In this document: in pieces, positions 25,574-33,622 of the stretch
How the letters are laid out: each line of letters begins with the position of its first letter
How positions within the stretch are numbered: position 1 is the first letter of the stretch
DNA from: a virus
Taxonomy: Duplodnaviria; Caudoviricetes
DNA length: 33,622 nt
Direction: 5' to 3' (one strand)
IMG/VR virus record: IMGVR_UViG_3300020151_000966
Location: 1 to 33,622 of that record
Notes under the pieces: model-generated
What the model was told of the DNA's origin: nothing
Databases searched by the model: none
What the model saw: the letters and a program-made list of their open reading frames with translations, nothing else
Program-made: the position numbers and the translations under genes

Positions 25574-26389
25574 ATGAACTGGATCAAGGTCCGCACGCAC
25601 TTGGCAACGCATCCGCATGTTGTCCGCATTGCGTCCGCATTGTGTCTGCCTAGTGTCCACGTATTGGGCGCACTTGTTCACCTGTGGAGCGTCGCAGACA
25701 GTCACGCGGATGGCGATTTGCTGCGGAACATGACTGCAGGTGCGCTGGATCGCATGACAGAAACGCCAAATCTGACGCAAGAGCTGCAGCAAGTGGGCTG
25801 GATAGTTGACACACCAGAAGGGCTGCAACTCGTTAACTACCTAGCACATAACGGCGCTTCAGCTAAACGCCGAGCATCAGAATCCAAGCGCAAAAATGAT
25901 GTCCGCAAAATGTCCGCATCTTGTCCGCATCCGAGCGGAACTTCTGCGGGCCTAGAGATAGAGAAAGAAAAGAATAATAAGAAACATAAGGAAAAAGCTC
26001 CCGCTGATACCTCAAACATCGTGCTGACATTTCCAACCGATGGAAAAACTAACAAGTTTCACCTGCGCCAGCAGCAGGTTGATGCCTGGTCACAGGTCTA
26101 CACTGGCCTCGATGTTTTTTTTGAATGTCAAAAGGCAATGACATGGGTGCTAGCCAACCCAGAGCGCCGCAAGACAGCGACCGGCATGCCATCATTCCTC
26201 GTTAATTGGCTCTCTAGAGCGACGAACACACCAAAGCCGACCAAAGCTCCCACATTTTTTGATCGTGCGCCAGAACGCAAATTAAAGCCATTAGCGAGCG
26301 AGATGATGCCGGCTGATCTAGCGGCAGAAATTTACGGCGAAGTTAAACCCAATCACGGCGTTCAGCGTCTGGAGGTGCGGCATGGGTAG
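25574..26389 (+). CDS. Replication initiator (lambda O-type)
   Basis: WIKVR...HP...LGAL..LW..AD...HNGASAKRRA N-terminal domain; internal iterons; FLVNWLSRA C-terminal motif. Confidence 0.7.
   Translation: MNWIKVRTHLATHPHVVRIASALCLPSVHVLGALVHLWSVADSHADGDLLRNMTAGALDRMTETPNLTQELQQVGWIVDTPEGLQLVNYLAHNGASAKRRASESKRKNDVRKMSASCPHPSGTSAGLEIEKEKNNKKHKEKAPADTSNIVLTFPTDGKTNKFHLRQQQVDAWSQVYTGLDVFFECQKAMTWVLANPERRKTATGMPSFLVNWLSRATNTPKPTKAPTFFDRAPERKLKPLASEMMPADLAAEIYGEVKPNHGVQRLEVRHG
25589..25640 (+). repeat. TCCGCA iteron cluster 1
   Basis: GTCCGCA 25589, ATCCGCAT 25611, TGTCCGCAT 25621, CGTCCGCAT 25632. Confidence 0.7.
25900..26000 (+). promoter_or_regulatory. Putative replication origin (iterons plus A-rich tract)
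   Basis: TGTCCGCA at 25900, 25911 and 25922 (11-bp period), partial inverted copies, then a purine/A-rich run. Confidence 0.7.
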
Positions 26390-27032
26390 TACTGCGGTTT
26401 TGGAGCGGCTGAGCACTACGCGGTGGTCGGATCTGTTTGCGGCGCTGTTTGGTGCCAACTCACCAGAGTGGCAGCGGACACTCGGCACTTGGGCGGTGCT
26501 GTTCCATGCCGAGGGCCGGAGCAACTCGGAGCTAGTGTCTGCGCTTCAGGCAATCAGCAGGCACAACCCTGTGCCGCAGTTTCCCACCCAGTTTTTGGAA
26601 GCGCTGCGCAGTGAGCTACGGCGGCAGGATCTGTCCATCCGCGAGGCTAACGAGAGGTCTCGCCTGGCTGAACTGACCAAGCCTATCCGCTGCCACCGCT
26701 GCGGTGACTGTGGCTGGGTGATCGGTCTGCCGCATGTTGAGTATGTGTCCGGGCCGGAATGGCTGAAGCCTCGGCGCACCATGGCGGTCACCTGTGACTG
26801 TGGCTTGGGCCGGCATGTGCATGGGCGCTGGACGAATGCACAGCCAGACCCGAAGCAGGTGATGAGCTTCACTGAATACGAGTGCAGAAACCCGCACTGG
26901 CAGACGCATCAGGAATTGCGCCGAGTAGAGGTGGCAGCCGAAATGGCGACCTATGAACAGGAGCACGGGCAGGCGAGTTGGAAGAACACAGTCGAGGCAA
27001 TCATCAGGAGGTATCAAAATGTTGACGGATGA
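26382..27032 (+). CDS. Putative helicase-loader-like protein with zinc finger
   Basis: Follows the initiator; CHRCGDCGW...CDC. Confidence 0.45.
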   Translation: MGSTAVLERLSTTRWSDLFAALFGANSPEWQRTLGTWAVLFHAEGRSNSELVSALQAISRHNPVPQFPTQFLEALRSELRRQDLSIREANERSRLAELTKPIRCHRCGDCGWVIGLPHVEYVSGPEWLKPRRTMAVTCDCGLGRHVHGRWTNAQPDPKQVMSFTEYECRNPHWQTHQELRRVEVAAEMATYEQEHGQASWKNTVEAIIRRYQNVDG

Positions 27033-27228
27033 GCAGAAGGCGCGAGCAGATCAGATCTTGGCCGACCTGATGGCCATGGTGCGTGAGTGCTGCGAAGAGG
27101 AAATTGAGCGGCTGTGGTCAGCCATCGAGGCGCACCAGCAGCGCAGTCTGCAGATGGTTAAAGATGACCCGAAGATCAGGCTGAGCGCTGCTGATTATGA
27201 ATTGTGGGAAGTGCTGGGGGAGGCGTGA
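27019..27228 (+). CDS. Hypothetical protein
   Basis: AGGAGG RBS; coupled to the next gene. Confidence 0.6.
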   Translation: MLTDEQKARADQILADLMAMVRECCEEEIERLWSAIEAHQQRSLQMVKDDPKIRLSAADYELWEVLGEA

Positions 27229-27407
27229 TGAAAAAGTTTAATGGCTACTGTTTAGTCATATTATTTGCTGCAATTGTTTTGGCTGGATGTCAATTTATCT
27301 GGTGGAAGCAATGGTTCAATCAATTAGAAAAAACGATTACGAATGGAATCAATCAGTCTGAACTATGCAAGCCAAAAGCTGCAAGCCCGATACCAGGAGG
27401 TGAGTGA
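27228..27407 (+). CDS. Small membrane protein / possible lipoprotein
   Basis: MKKF...VILFAAIVLAG-C; TGATG coupling. Confidence 0.55.
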   Translation: MKKFNGYCLVILFAAIVLAGCQFIWWKQWFNQLEKTITNGINQSELCKPKAASPIPGGE

Positions 27408-27835
27408 TGAGTGAACTAGACTTGCACGCAACAACAGATGCTGCCGTATGGGCGAGCGAATTCAACAAAGTAGCCCAGCAACTCGGCTATTCGCCAATGG
27501 ACGAAGGGTGGCTAATCGGCTGGTTTGCTAACGCCATGTTTGCGAAGGAAATGGCGATCAGGCGTGCACAAAAGCCTCAGCTTCAGTGGAAACAGTACCC
27601 GCAGGAAGTACCGCCTGAAGACGCTGTCGGCGAAGATTTTGTCGTTCGCTGGTGTTTCGGAAAGGCCGATGAGTCGAAGTCGATTTTTTTCAACATCGTC
27701 ACCTACGACCCGAGCAAATGGTGCCGGCTTGCGAATGAGTACAACACGCCTTACCAGTGGATAGGTCCGTTTGACATCGGCGAGAAGTCAATGTGTGCTG
27801 GCAAATCGGTGGAGCCGATGCCGGTAGGCGAATAA
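27407..27835 (+). CDS. Hypothetical protein
   Basis: AGGAGG RBS; TDAAVWASEF...WFANAM motif. Confidence 0.6.
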   Translation: MSELDLHATTDAAVWASEFNKVAQQLGYSPMDEGWLIGWFANAMFAKEMAIRRAQKPQLQWKQYPQEVPPEDAVGEDFVVRWCFGKADESKSIFFNIVTYDPSKWCRLANEYNTPYQWIGPFDIGEKSMCAGKSVEPMPVGE

Positions 27836-27937
27836 TGCTGAATCCAATCGAATGGATTCTCTTCGTTGTTGAAGTTGTCGATTTTCTAGATGAGGAAATG
27901 GCTGGGTGGGCCAAAAACAAATTAGCAAGAGGTAGTA

Positions 27938-28165
27938 ATGCAACCAGAAGTTGAAAGATACCCACACCAATTCGGTCACGAATACGCATGGGTTTACCAA
28001 GGCAAAATCCTTGGCACAGTTGCGCCGATACGCAAAGGGCAACCAACCAAATGGCGGGCAATGGTCAACTCTCGGGTAGTGGGCGTTTACACCGGGGCAA
28101 ATGGTCGAGTGGTGGCGATGCAGGCGGTTAGGCATTTCAGCAAACACATGTGGGTCAACCAATGA
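27938..28165 (+). CDS. Hypothetical protein
   Basis: GAGG RBS, 75 aa. Confidence 0.55.
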   Translation: MQPEVERYPHQFGHEYAWVYQGKILGTVAPIRKGQPTKWRAMVNSRVVGVYTGANGRVVAMQAVRHFSKHMWVNQ

Positions 28166-28320
28166 ACGAGCAACATCCAGAGCAAATCATGGCAGAAAAA
28201 ATCGCCAATCTTACCGCTCAAGTGGAACGCCTGCGGGAGTTCATTCGCACCTACACAGCCATCGAATGCCGAGGTCAGACGTTTTACCCGGAGTGGGCCG
28301 AGCGTGCGCTTCGTGACTAG
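28162..28320 (+). CDS. Hypothetical 52-aa protein (not in ORF track)
   Basis: ATGA overlap with the previous gene; MNEQHPEQIMAEKIANLTAQVERLREF... Confidence 0.5.
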   Translation: MNEQHPEQIMAEKIANLTAQVERLREFIRTYTAIECRGQTFYPEWAERALRD

Positions 28321-28359
28321 AGGTGGCCAAAATATTTATTCCCCAGGGGAGGGCGCACC

Positions 28360-28608
28360 ATGGCTGAGCGGATGAGTTTGCGAGTGGACGAAGGCCTTCT
28401 AGAAGTTGTGACCACAGTGGACACACTGCAGCCAGGGCAGGTGCTGATGACACTGCTGAGAGACGGTCAGGAAACTGCCTGCTTTCTTATGACGCATCAG
28501 CAAGCTCGAGTGTTAGCCACTCACCTAGATGTGTGTTCAGAAATGGCCGAGGTGGAGGCGGACTGTGACGACGCAGGTGAAACAGACGAACCAGAAGAAG
28601 CCGACTAA
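28360..28608 (+). CDS. Hypothetical acidic protein
   Basis: GGGAGG RBS, 82 aa. Confidence 0.55.
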   Translation: MAERMSLRVDEGLLEVVTTVDTLQPGQVLMTLLRDGQETACFLMTHQQARVLATHLDVCSEMAEVEADCDDAGETDEPEEAD

Positions 28609-29287
28609 GCCTTTGACCGCTGAGCAGAAGTTAATGGTCGAGGAAAACTTGCGGCTGGTCTTTTTTATGTGCCGAAAATATGGGCCACCGCTAGGCATGG
28701 ACCAGGACGATTGGCAGAGCGAGGTGATGGTCGAGCTGGTGCGAGCTGTGCAGTATCACGACCCGGCGCGTGGCAAATTGTCTACTGTGCTAGATCACTT
28801 TGTCTACCGGCGGCGTGGCCATCTCAACGACTACCACAAGCGTGGAAAAAGGGGCAGAGTTATTAAGTACTCGCTTGATGCAGAGGTTAGTTTGCTGGAT
28901 ATGCAGGGCGAAGATCATAACTGGAATGGGCTTGATGCTGCCATGGTGACCAAGCAGGCACTAGAGTTTTGCACGCCGCAAGAGGCCGATATTTTGAAAC
29001 GCTTGGCAGAGGATTACACCATTCGTGAAATTGCTGACCATTACGGCGTGAGCCACCAGCGCATCTGCCAGCACCTGACAATTGCACGCCGCAAGGTCGC
29101 CAGCATGATGCCAGGGGAATTGATCCAAACAACCAAATGCCACCGCTGCGGCGGCGGGGCTCAGCAGTACAACCTGAATAGAAATCTTTACTGCTGCCAG
29201 TGCAGTTACCAGTTGCTACACGAGCGCAAACTGTCCGGCGAGCGTGGACGATTAAAACGCATGAAGCTGGCTAAAAAAAATGGGTGA
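28565..29287 (+). CDS. Sigma70-family sigma factor with C-terminal zinc ribbon
   Basis: Region 2 EENLRLV...LVRAV..HDPARGKLST; region 4 TIREIADHYGVSHQRICQ; CHRC/CCQC; GTG after GGAGG. Confidence 0.8.
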   Translation: MTTQVKQTNQKKPTKPLTAEQKLMVEENLRLVFFMCRKYGPPLGMDQDDWQSEVMVELVRAVQYHDPARGKLSTVLDHFVYRRRGHLNDYHKRGKRGRVIKYSLDAEVSLLDMQGEDHNWNGLDAAMVTKQALEFCTPQEADILKRLAEDYTIREIADHYGVSHQRICQHLTIARRKVASMMPGELIQTTKCHRCGGGAQQYNLNRNLYCCQCSYQLLHERKLSGERGRLKRMKLAKKNG

Positions 29288-29382
29288 AGTCGAAACGCTA
29301 CGCAATTTGGCACGGCACTATGGGCTGTGTCCTGACCGGCACCCGGTGATCAAGCAATTACTTGCGGCGCTGGAGGGACGCA

Positions 29383-29628
29383 ATGGAGTACCAGAACTAC
29401 GAGCAGATAGTGACCCACTTAATCAACGCAGCGAACCTGATTAAAGATTCTGGCGAGAGGATGCGAGTGGACTGGCCGAATATGTCGCACATGCGAACTA
29501 TCGACCAGTGGCTATGCAGAAGTCAGAAGGAAATCGAAGCCGCACGGGAGCTAGTCAGACGTGAGATACCAAGGCGACGACCCGGCACATCTGGCGGAAC
29601 TGAAGGCGTGGGCAGCGGGCCGGCTTAA
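29383..29628 (+). CDS. Hypothetical protein
   Basis: GGAGGG RBS before ATG 29383. Confidence 0.5.
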   Translation: MEYQNYEQIVTHLINAANLIKDSGERMRVDWPNMSHMRTIDQWLCRSQKEIEAARELVRREIPRRRPGTSGGTEGVGSGPA

Positions 29629-29776
29629 AGAGCTTGCACAAATCAAGGCTCGACCGACTGATGAAATCGGCGAGCTAGACGAGGCACTCACCGCAGTGGT
29701 GAGGTTGGTTGGTGAAGTGGAGCGTTTGCGGGGGGTTCTGCAGGCGTTCCTAGGGCTGGAATGGGAGGGCGAGTGA
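29561..29776 (+). CDS. Hypothetical protein
   Basis: Helical 71 aa; TGATG-coupled to dnaN. Confidence 0.45.
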   Translation: MRYQGDDPAHLAELKAWAAGRLKELAQIKARPTDEIGELDEALTAVVRLVGEVERLRGVLQAFLGLEWEGE

Positions 29777-30852
29777 TGAAGTTTAATCGGGCGAATTTAC
29801 TGAGTGCACTGATGCGAGTTATGCCGGCTGTTGGCCGAGATACTAACCGGCCAGTGCTGACCTGTGTGCTGATTGATGTGAAGCCTTTGGTCATTTCCCT
29901 GGAGTGCACTAATCAAGAGCAGCACCTACGCTGCCTGATCGAGGGCGACAGCAACGAAGAGTTTAAGGTGCTGGTTAGCGCTTCGAGGCTGGCTGAGATC
30001 CTGAAGCGCAGCGATTGCGCTCAGGTTGAGTTCATCATCGAGGATAAGGTTTTGGCGGTTGCTGCTGGTGGCGCTCGGTTCGAGTTGCCGTTGCAGGATT
30101 GTGCCGCGTTCCCAATTTGCGAGCAACTGACTGGCGTTGAGGTGCGCATCGAAGGCGAGGAGTTGACCAGGGCAATTGCGTCTACCAGTTACGCAGCAGC
30201 AAAGGACCTTGCGCGTTTCACCATGATGGGCGTGTTTATTTCTGGGCAGAATAACACGCTGGACTTCGTAGCTACGGATGGCAGGCGGCTGGCCAAGGCG
30301 ACCAAGCAGGCTGAGTTTGCCGGAGTGATTTCCGCTGTTGTTCCAGCCAGTGCCTGGCGAATGGCCGGGAATTTTACTGGAGTTGTTCGGCTGGTTTTCT
30401 CAAAGCGTGGCATGACATTGTCCACCAACGATGGCTTCAAAATGAAAACCTTGCTGGTCGAGGGTAAGTTCCCTGATTACCAATCGATCATCCCAAAGGA
30501 TTCAGGCACGGCATGGCGAGGATTTGCACCCGCTGAGTTGGCTCGGGCAGTTCGCCAGGCACAGGTGATGGTTGACCGGGAGAGCTTGCGCCTCGATGTG
30601 CAGCTCGGTGCCACTGGTCCGGCTGGTGCTTCGATGGTTTTAGGTGGCAGGTCTGCGACCGCTGGCAGTAGCCAGATCACTGCGTTTTTCGCAGGCGAAG
30701 GCAAAGCGCATGTCAGTCTTAACCCGGTGTTTCTTCTTGAGGCGCTGGAGGCATTCGACGAAGAGGAAGAGGTTGTATTTCAGACTCGCGGCAATGGTCC
30801 GGTTACTTTATCGGCTGGCAAGATTTACACGCTTATCATGCCACAAACATGA
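29776..30852 (+). CDS. dnaN: DNA polymerase III beta sliding clamp
   Basis: MKF.R..L...L, RPVLTCVL, RFTMMGV, VATDGRRLA, EGKFPDYQSIIP, LNP.FLLEAL, LIMP; about 358 aa. Confidence 0.9.
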   Translation: MKFNRANLLSALMRVMPAVGRDTNRPVLTCVLIDVKPLVISLECTNQEQHLRCLIEGDSNEEFKVLVSASRLAEILKRSDCAQVEFIIEDKVLAVAAGGARFELPLQDCAAFPICEQLTGVEVRIEGEELTRAIASTSYAAAKDLARFTMMGVFISGQNNTLDFVATDGRRLAKATKQAEFAGVISAVVPASAWRMAGNFTGVVRLVFSKRGMTLSTNDGFKMKTLLVEGKFPDYQSIIPKDSGTAWRGFAPAELARAVRQAQVMVDRESLRLDVQLGATGPAGASMVLGGRSATAGSSQITAFFAGEGKAHVSLNPVFLLEALEAFDEEEEVVFQTRGNGPVTLSAGKIYTLIMPQT

Positions 30853-30860
30853 GGTTAAAC

Positions 30861-31049
30861 ATGGACGAACTACCAGCCATGAGCAGGGCGCGGTTACTGG
30901 ACATCCAGTGCCGCGCCCAGTATTACCCAGACCCGGAGCTGCGCAAGGTGCTGCAGGATCTGCTAGCTGAGATCGAAAGGCTGAACGCTGAAAACGACAA
31001 CCTCAACGAGGATCTGATCGAGCGTGACGCAGAGGATCTGGAGTGGTAA
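30861..31049 (+). CDS. Hypothetical protein
   Basis: GAGG RBS; LLAEIERL coiled coil. Confidence 0.55.
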   Translation: MDELPAMSRARLLDIQCRAQYYPDPELRKVLQDLLAEIERLNAENDNLNEDLIERDAEDLEW

Positions 31050-31423
31050 AGTGCTTAGAGCTGTGGCTGCCTGCGCCGCCTAGTGTGAACAATATGTACC
31101 GCAGCGGGCGGGGCAGAGTCTACCGCTCGACCGGCTACAAACGGTGGCAGCAGGAGGCTGATCTGGCATTCATTCAGGCTGGAGGCCTCAGACCATGGAG
31201 CGCGTACCCGGTTTGTGTCGAGATCGATCTATTCCCTGGTCCGCAGTACCGGCAGCGCGACCTCGACAACATTGTCAAGCCGCTGTTGGATTTCCTAGTC
31301 CATCGCTCAGTGCTGGCGGACGACAGCACGCAACACATCAGGCGTGTGGTGGTGCAGTTTCAGCAGGAGCGCCTGCAATCGAACCAAGTGAGGTTGAGAA
31401 TTCGGAAGGCATCGTCGCTGTAG
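31043..31423 (+). CDS. rusA: RusA Holliday junction resolvase
   Basis: PPSVNNMYR, RDLDNIVKPLLD, LADDS. Confidence 0.9.
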   Translation: MVKCLELWLPAPPSVNNMYRSGRGRVYRSTGYKRWQQEADLAFIQAGGLRPWSAYPVCVEIDLFPGPQYRQRDLDNIVKPLLDFLVHRSVLADDSTQHIRRVVVQFQQERLQSNQVRLRIRKASSL

Positions 31424-31443
31424 TTCCCGGCCTGCATTCTGAC

Positions 31444-31911
31444 ATGGCACACATCGACCGCGCTGAAGTAGCGAAGCGCATCGAGCAAATCAAAGATGAG
31501 CGCCTACTACCAGAACCAGCCATCATCTGGCTTGGCAAACTACTACGAGAACAGCAGCAGAGGCTATGGCGCATCGAGCTTGCCATCGAGCAGCTAATCA
31601 TCAAGGTGCCAAACATGCCGGCAGAAATGCTGGCAGATGTGTGCGAGATACTGGCACCAGAAATTTACGGCGAGCCGCCAGCGCCACCGCGTGCCAGCCA
31701 TGCACTACCTAAGAGCCGAGCCAGACTGGCCGCACTTCAGCGCAGGCATCAAGCGCTACACGGCCTGTGGCACCGAGATGATTCATTCGTGGACAGTGTG
31801 ACCAGCAGACAGCAAGAGCTATTCTTGTACTCCGAAATCATCGAGGCCAGCCAGCAGGTGCCAAGGTCTGACGGCGACATCATCCGCATCACCCGGCTGG
31901 ATATTGGCTGA
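31444..31911 (+). CDS. Hypothetical protein
   Basis: Open frame containing ALP.S..R...L..R.....LWH.DD. Confidence 0.55.
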   Translation: MAHIDRAEVAKRIEQIKDERLLPEPAIIWLGKLLREQQQRLWRIELAIEQLIIKVPNMPAEMLADVCEILAPEIYGEPPAPPRASHALPKSRARLAALQRRHQALHGLWHRDDSFVDSVTSRQQELFLYSEIIEASQQVPRSDGDIIRITRLDIG

Positions 31912-31940
31912 TCGTGCTGGGCATCTAGCAGACTGAATGC

Positions 31941-32228
31941 ATGGCCAACCGCATCCCGCAGCATCGCCCACCGCACGCCAGGCTAATCGTGCCAAAGGCC
32001 GAGATACCACGCGAGAGCGCACACGCCAGAGGCTACGACCGCACCTGGCAGAATTTGCGGCTGATGGTTCTGCGGCGCTCACCGCTCTGCGTGAAGTGTG
32101 GCCAAGGCGCTAGCCAGGTGGATCACATCACGCCGATTCGCAAAGGCGGCGCGCGGCTTGACCCGCAAAATCTGCAGCCGCTTTGTCACTCATGTCACAG
32201 CACGAAAACAGCAACCGAGGATAGATAG
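31941..32228 (+). CDS. HNH endonuclease (HK97 gp74-like, terminase-associated type)
   Basis: ARGYDRTW..LR...L...PLC..C, VDHITP, NLQPLCHSCHSTKT. Confidence 0.9.
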   Translation: MANRIPQHRPPHARLIVPKAEIPRESAHARGYDRTWQNLRLMVLRRSPLCVKCGQGASQVDHITPIRKGGARLDPQNLQPLCHSCHSTKTATEDR

Positions 32229-32648
32229 ATGGCCAAGAGCACTAACTTAAATTTCACCCAAGAAATAAATGTGCTAGGCAAGCGCCTAACCAGCACAGAC
32301 ACCACCACTTTTGTCACCCTATACACAGCCACCACAGATGATGCCGTGGTTAAAAGCATCACAGCTACCACCACTGATACGGCAGCAGTAAATCTGAAGG
32401 TTGCCATCAGCGATGGCACAACCGATTTCCTTTTAGGCACCGTGCGTGTGGCTCTAGCCAGCGGCACAGATGGGGCGGTGGCTAGCGTGGATATTCTTGG
32501 CTCTAGCCTGTTGCCAGGACTGCCAAGGGATCTCAATAACAGAACCATATTGCCGTTAAAAAATGGCCACATCTTAAAGGTTGGCTGCCTAGCAACGATG
32601 ACGGCAGCGAAGCAAACGGATGTAATCGCAGTAGTAGAGGAGTACTAG
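32229..32648 (+). CDS. Thr-rich beta protein, probably a virion decoration protein
   Basis: TLYTA...VVKSITATTTD jelly-roll-like pattern; next to the spike genes. Confidence 0.5.
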   Translation: MAKSTNLNFTQEINVLGKRLTSTDTTTFVTLYTATTDDAVVKSITATTTDTAAVNLKVAISDGTTDFLLGTVRVALASGTDGAVASVDILGSSLLPGLPRDLNNRTILPLKNGHILKVGCLATMTAAKQTDVIAVVEEY

Positions 32649-32649
32649 A

Positions 32650-32913
32650 ATGCCAGATCAGCATAGTAGTTTTGTAGAAGGCTTGACGAGTCCAGCGGAT
32701 AACGCCACAGCGGTGACACCGAGCGACTCAACCGACTTGGCATTTAACAGCCGGGCGCTCTATGTTGGCGGGGCTGGGAACATCGTGGTAACTATGGCCG
32801 GTGGTGGTGATGTAACCTTTACGGCTGTGCCAGGTGGAAGCATTCTGCCTATTCGGGTTAGCCGGGTGAAAAGCACCAGCACCACAGCTACCAGCATCAT
32901 CAACCTCTACTGA
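32650..32913 (+). CDS. Head spike base protein (RcGTA Rcc01079-like)
   Basis: GLTSPA...AVTPSDSTDL...RALYVGGAGN...LPIRV.RV..T.TTA. Confidence 0.85.
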   Translation: MPDQHSSFVEGLTSPADNATAVTPSDSTDLAFNSRALYVGGAGNIVVTMAGGGDVTFTAVPGGSILPIRVSRVKSTSTTATSIINLY

Positions 32914-32968
32914 TCATGGGTGGCCAATGCGTGATCTACTGAGCATAGGCACTAGCCGGGGGTGTGAG

Positions 32969-33622
32969 ATGATTGGTACTGGGATTGGTTTGGGGGTGAG
33001 TGGGTTTAATTTGTCACGCAACTTGTTTTCACCTTTATCGATAACAGGTTTACAATTCTGGGTTGATGCTGCTGATGATTCTACCCTATACACAGATTCC
33101 GGGCTAACTACACTGGCTGTGGCTGATGGAGATGTTGTTGGCGGGTGGAAGGACAAGTCAGGCAACAGCCGGAATGCCTTGCAAACCGATGGCACAAAAA
33201 AGCCAGTTTTAAAATTGGCTATACAAAATGGGCGGAATGTTGTGCGTTTTGATGGCGTGAATGACAACATGACCTTTTCGAATTGGCAGTCAAATCCGGC
33301 CACTGTTTTTTTAGTAGTTCGGTCGTCTAGCGATACAGTTTTTTTGTCCACTTTAGCGGGTGCTAACCCCGCCTACCCGTTGTTTTTTTATTACACGAAC
33401 GGCAATGTTTACGGGCAACAAGGGTATGTTTCTGGGTTTACTACAGCGAACACATACAACCAGTGGACTGTTACGTGCTCGACTACGGCTCGAACGATTA
33501 GGCGTGATGGGACTGCTGGCACTAGTGCGGCTGGTGTTGTCGGTGCTGCCCTATATTCGAAAATTGGCGAATATGATGACGTTTCCCGCTACAGCCAGAC
33601 CGGTGATACGCTAGAAATTTTA
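32969..33622 (+). CDS. Head spike fibre-like protein with LamG/ConA-like domain, truncated by window end (not in ORF track)
   Basis: MIGTGIGLG...FSPLSITGLQFWVDAAD..TLY......DGD.V..WKDKSGN.RNA.Q...FDGVND; frame open to 33622. Confidence 0.75.
   Translation, partial: MIGTGIGLGVSGFNLSRNLFSPLSITGLQFWVDAADDSTLYTDSGLTTLAVADGDVVGGWKDKSGNSRNALQTDGTKKPVLKLAIQNGRNVVRFDGVNDNMTFSNWQSNPATVFLVVRSSSDTVFLSTLAGANPAYPLFFYYTNGNVYGQQGYVSGFTTANTYNQWTVTCSTTARTIRRDGTAGTSAAGVVGAALYSKIGEYDDVSRYSQTGDTLEIL

Larger units (their letters stand above)
1..33622 (+). mobile_element. Temperate HK97-like tailed phage (siphovirus layout), near-complete genome or prophage interior
   Basis: Continuous terminase-portal-capsid-tail-lysis-integrase-replication gene order; no flanking host chromosomal region is visible. 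Confidence 0.95.

Noticed and set aside
25589-25930. CRISPR array or diversity-generating retroelement
   Set aside because: The repeats are short in-gene iterons without spacers; no cas gene, reverse transcriptase or TR/VR pair was seen in the window
26325-31673. 16-nt repeat CAGAAATTTACGGCGA (EIYGE) and 14-nt TGCCACCGCTGCGG (CHRCG) shared between unrelated genes
   Set aside because: Isolated, inside coding sequence, and explainable by chance or a shared peptide motif

Overview
The window is most of a temperate, HK97-type tailed phage genome; every supported protein-coding gene is on the + strand. Gene order: terminase small/large, a stand-alone C39-like peptidase, portal, in-frame prohead-protease/major-capsid fusion, neck and tail genes with a -1 frameshifted tail chaperone, tape measure protein, Cys- and Gly/Ser-rich tail-tip genes, and a GT71 (Mnn1/Mnn2-like) glycosyltransferase. 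Next come a lysis-position cassette with a papain-like peptidase and no recognisable endolysin, HNH, tyrosine integrase, AlpA/Xis, small early genes (CsrA-like, lipoprotein), an annealing protein, a helicase-methyltransferase fusion, HNH, an adenine methyltransferase and a replication initiator with iterons. The window closes with a sigma factor, beta clamp, RusA, HNH and RcGTA-like head-spike genes cut by the window end. The best leads are: (1) a possible virion-glycosylation module; (2) protease-based lysis; (3) two non-coding RNA candidates (a promoter-to-terminator antisense RNA and a tRNA-shaped cloverleaf) in a phage with no visible CI repressor; (4) the C39 peptidase in the head module. 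A Planctomycetota host is an inference. All family calls come from motif recognition by eye, not database searches.
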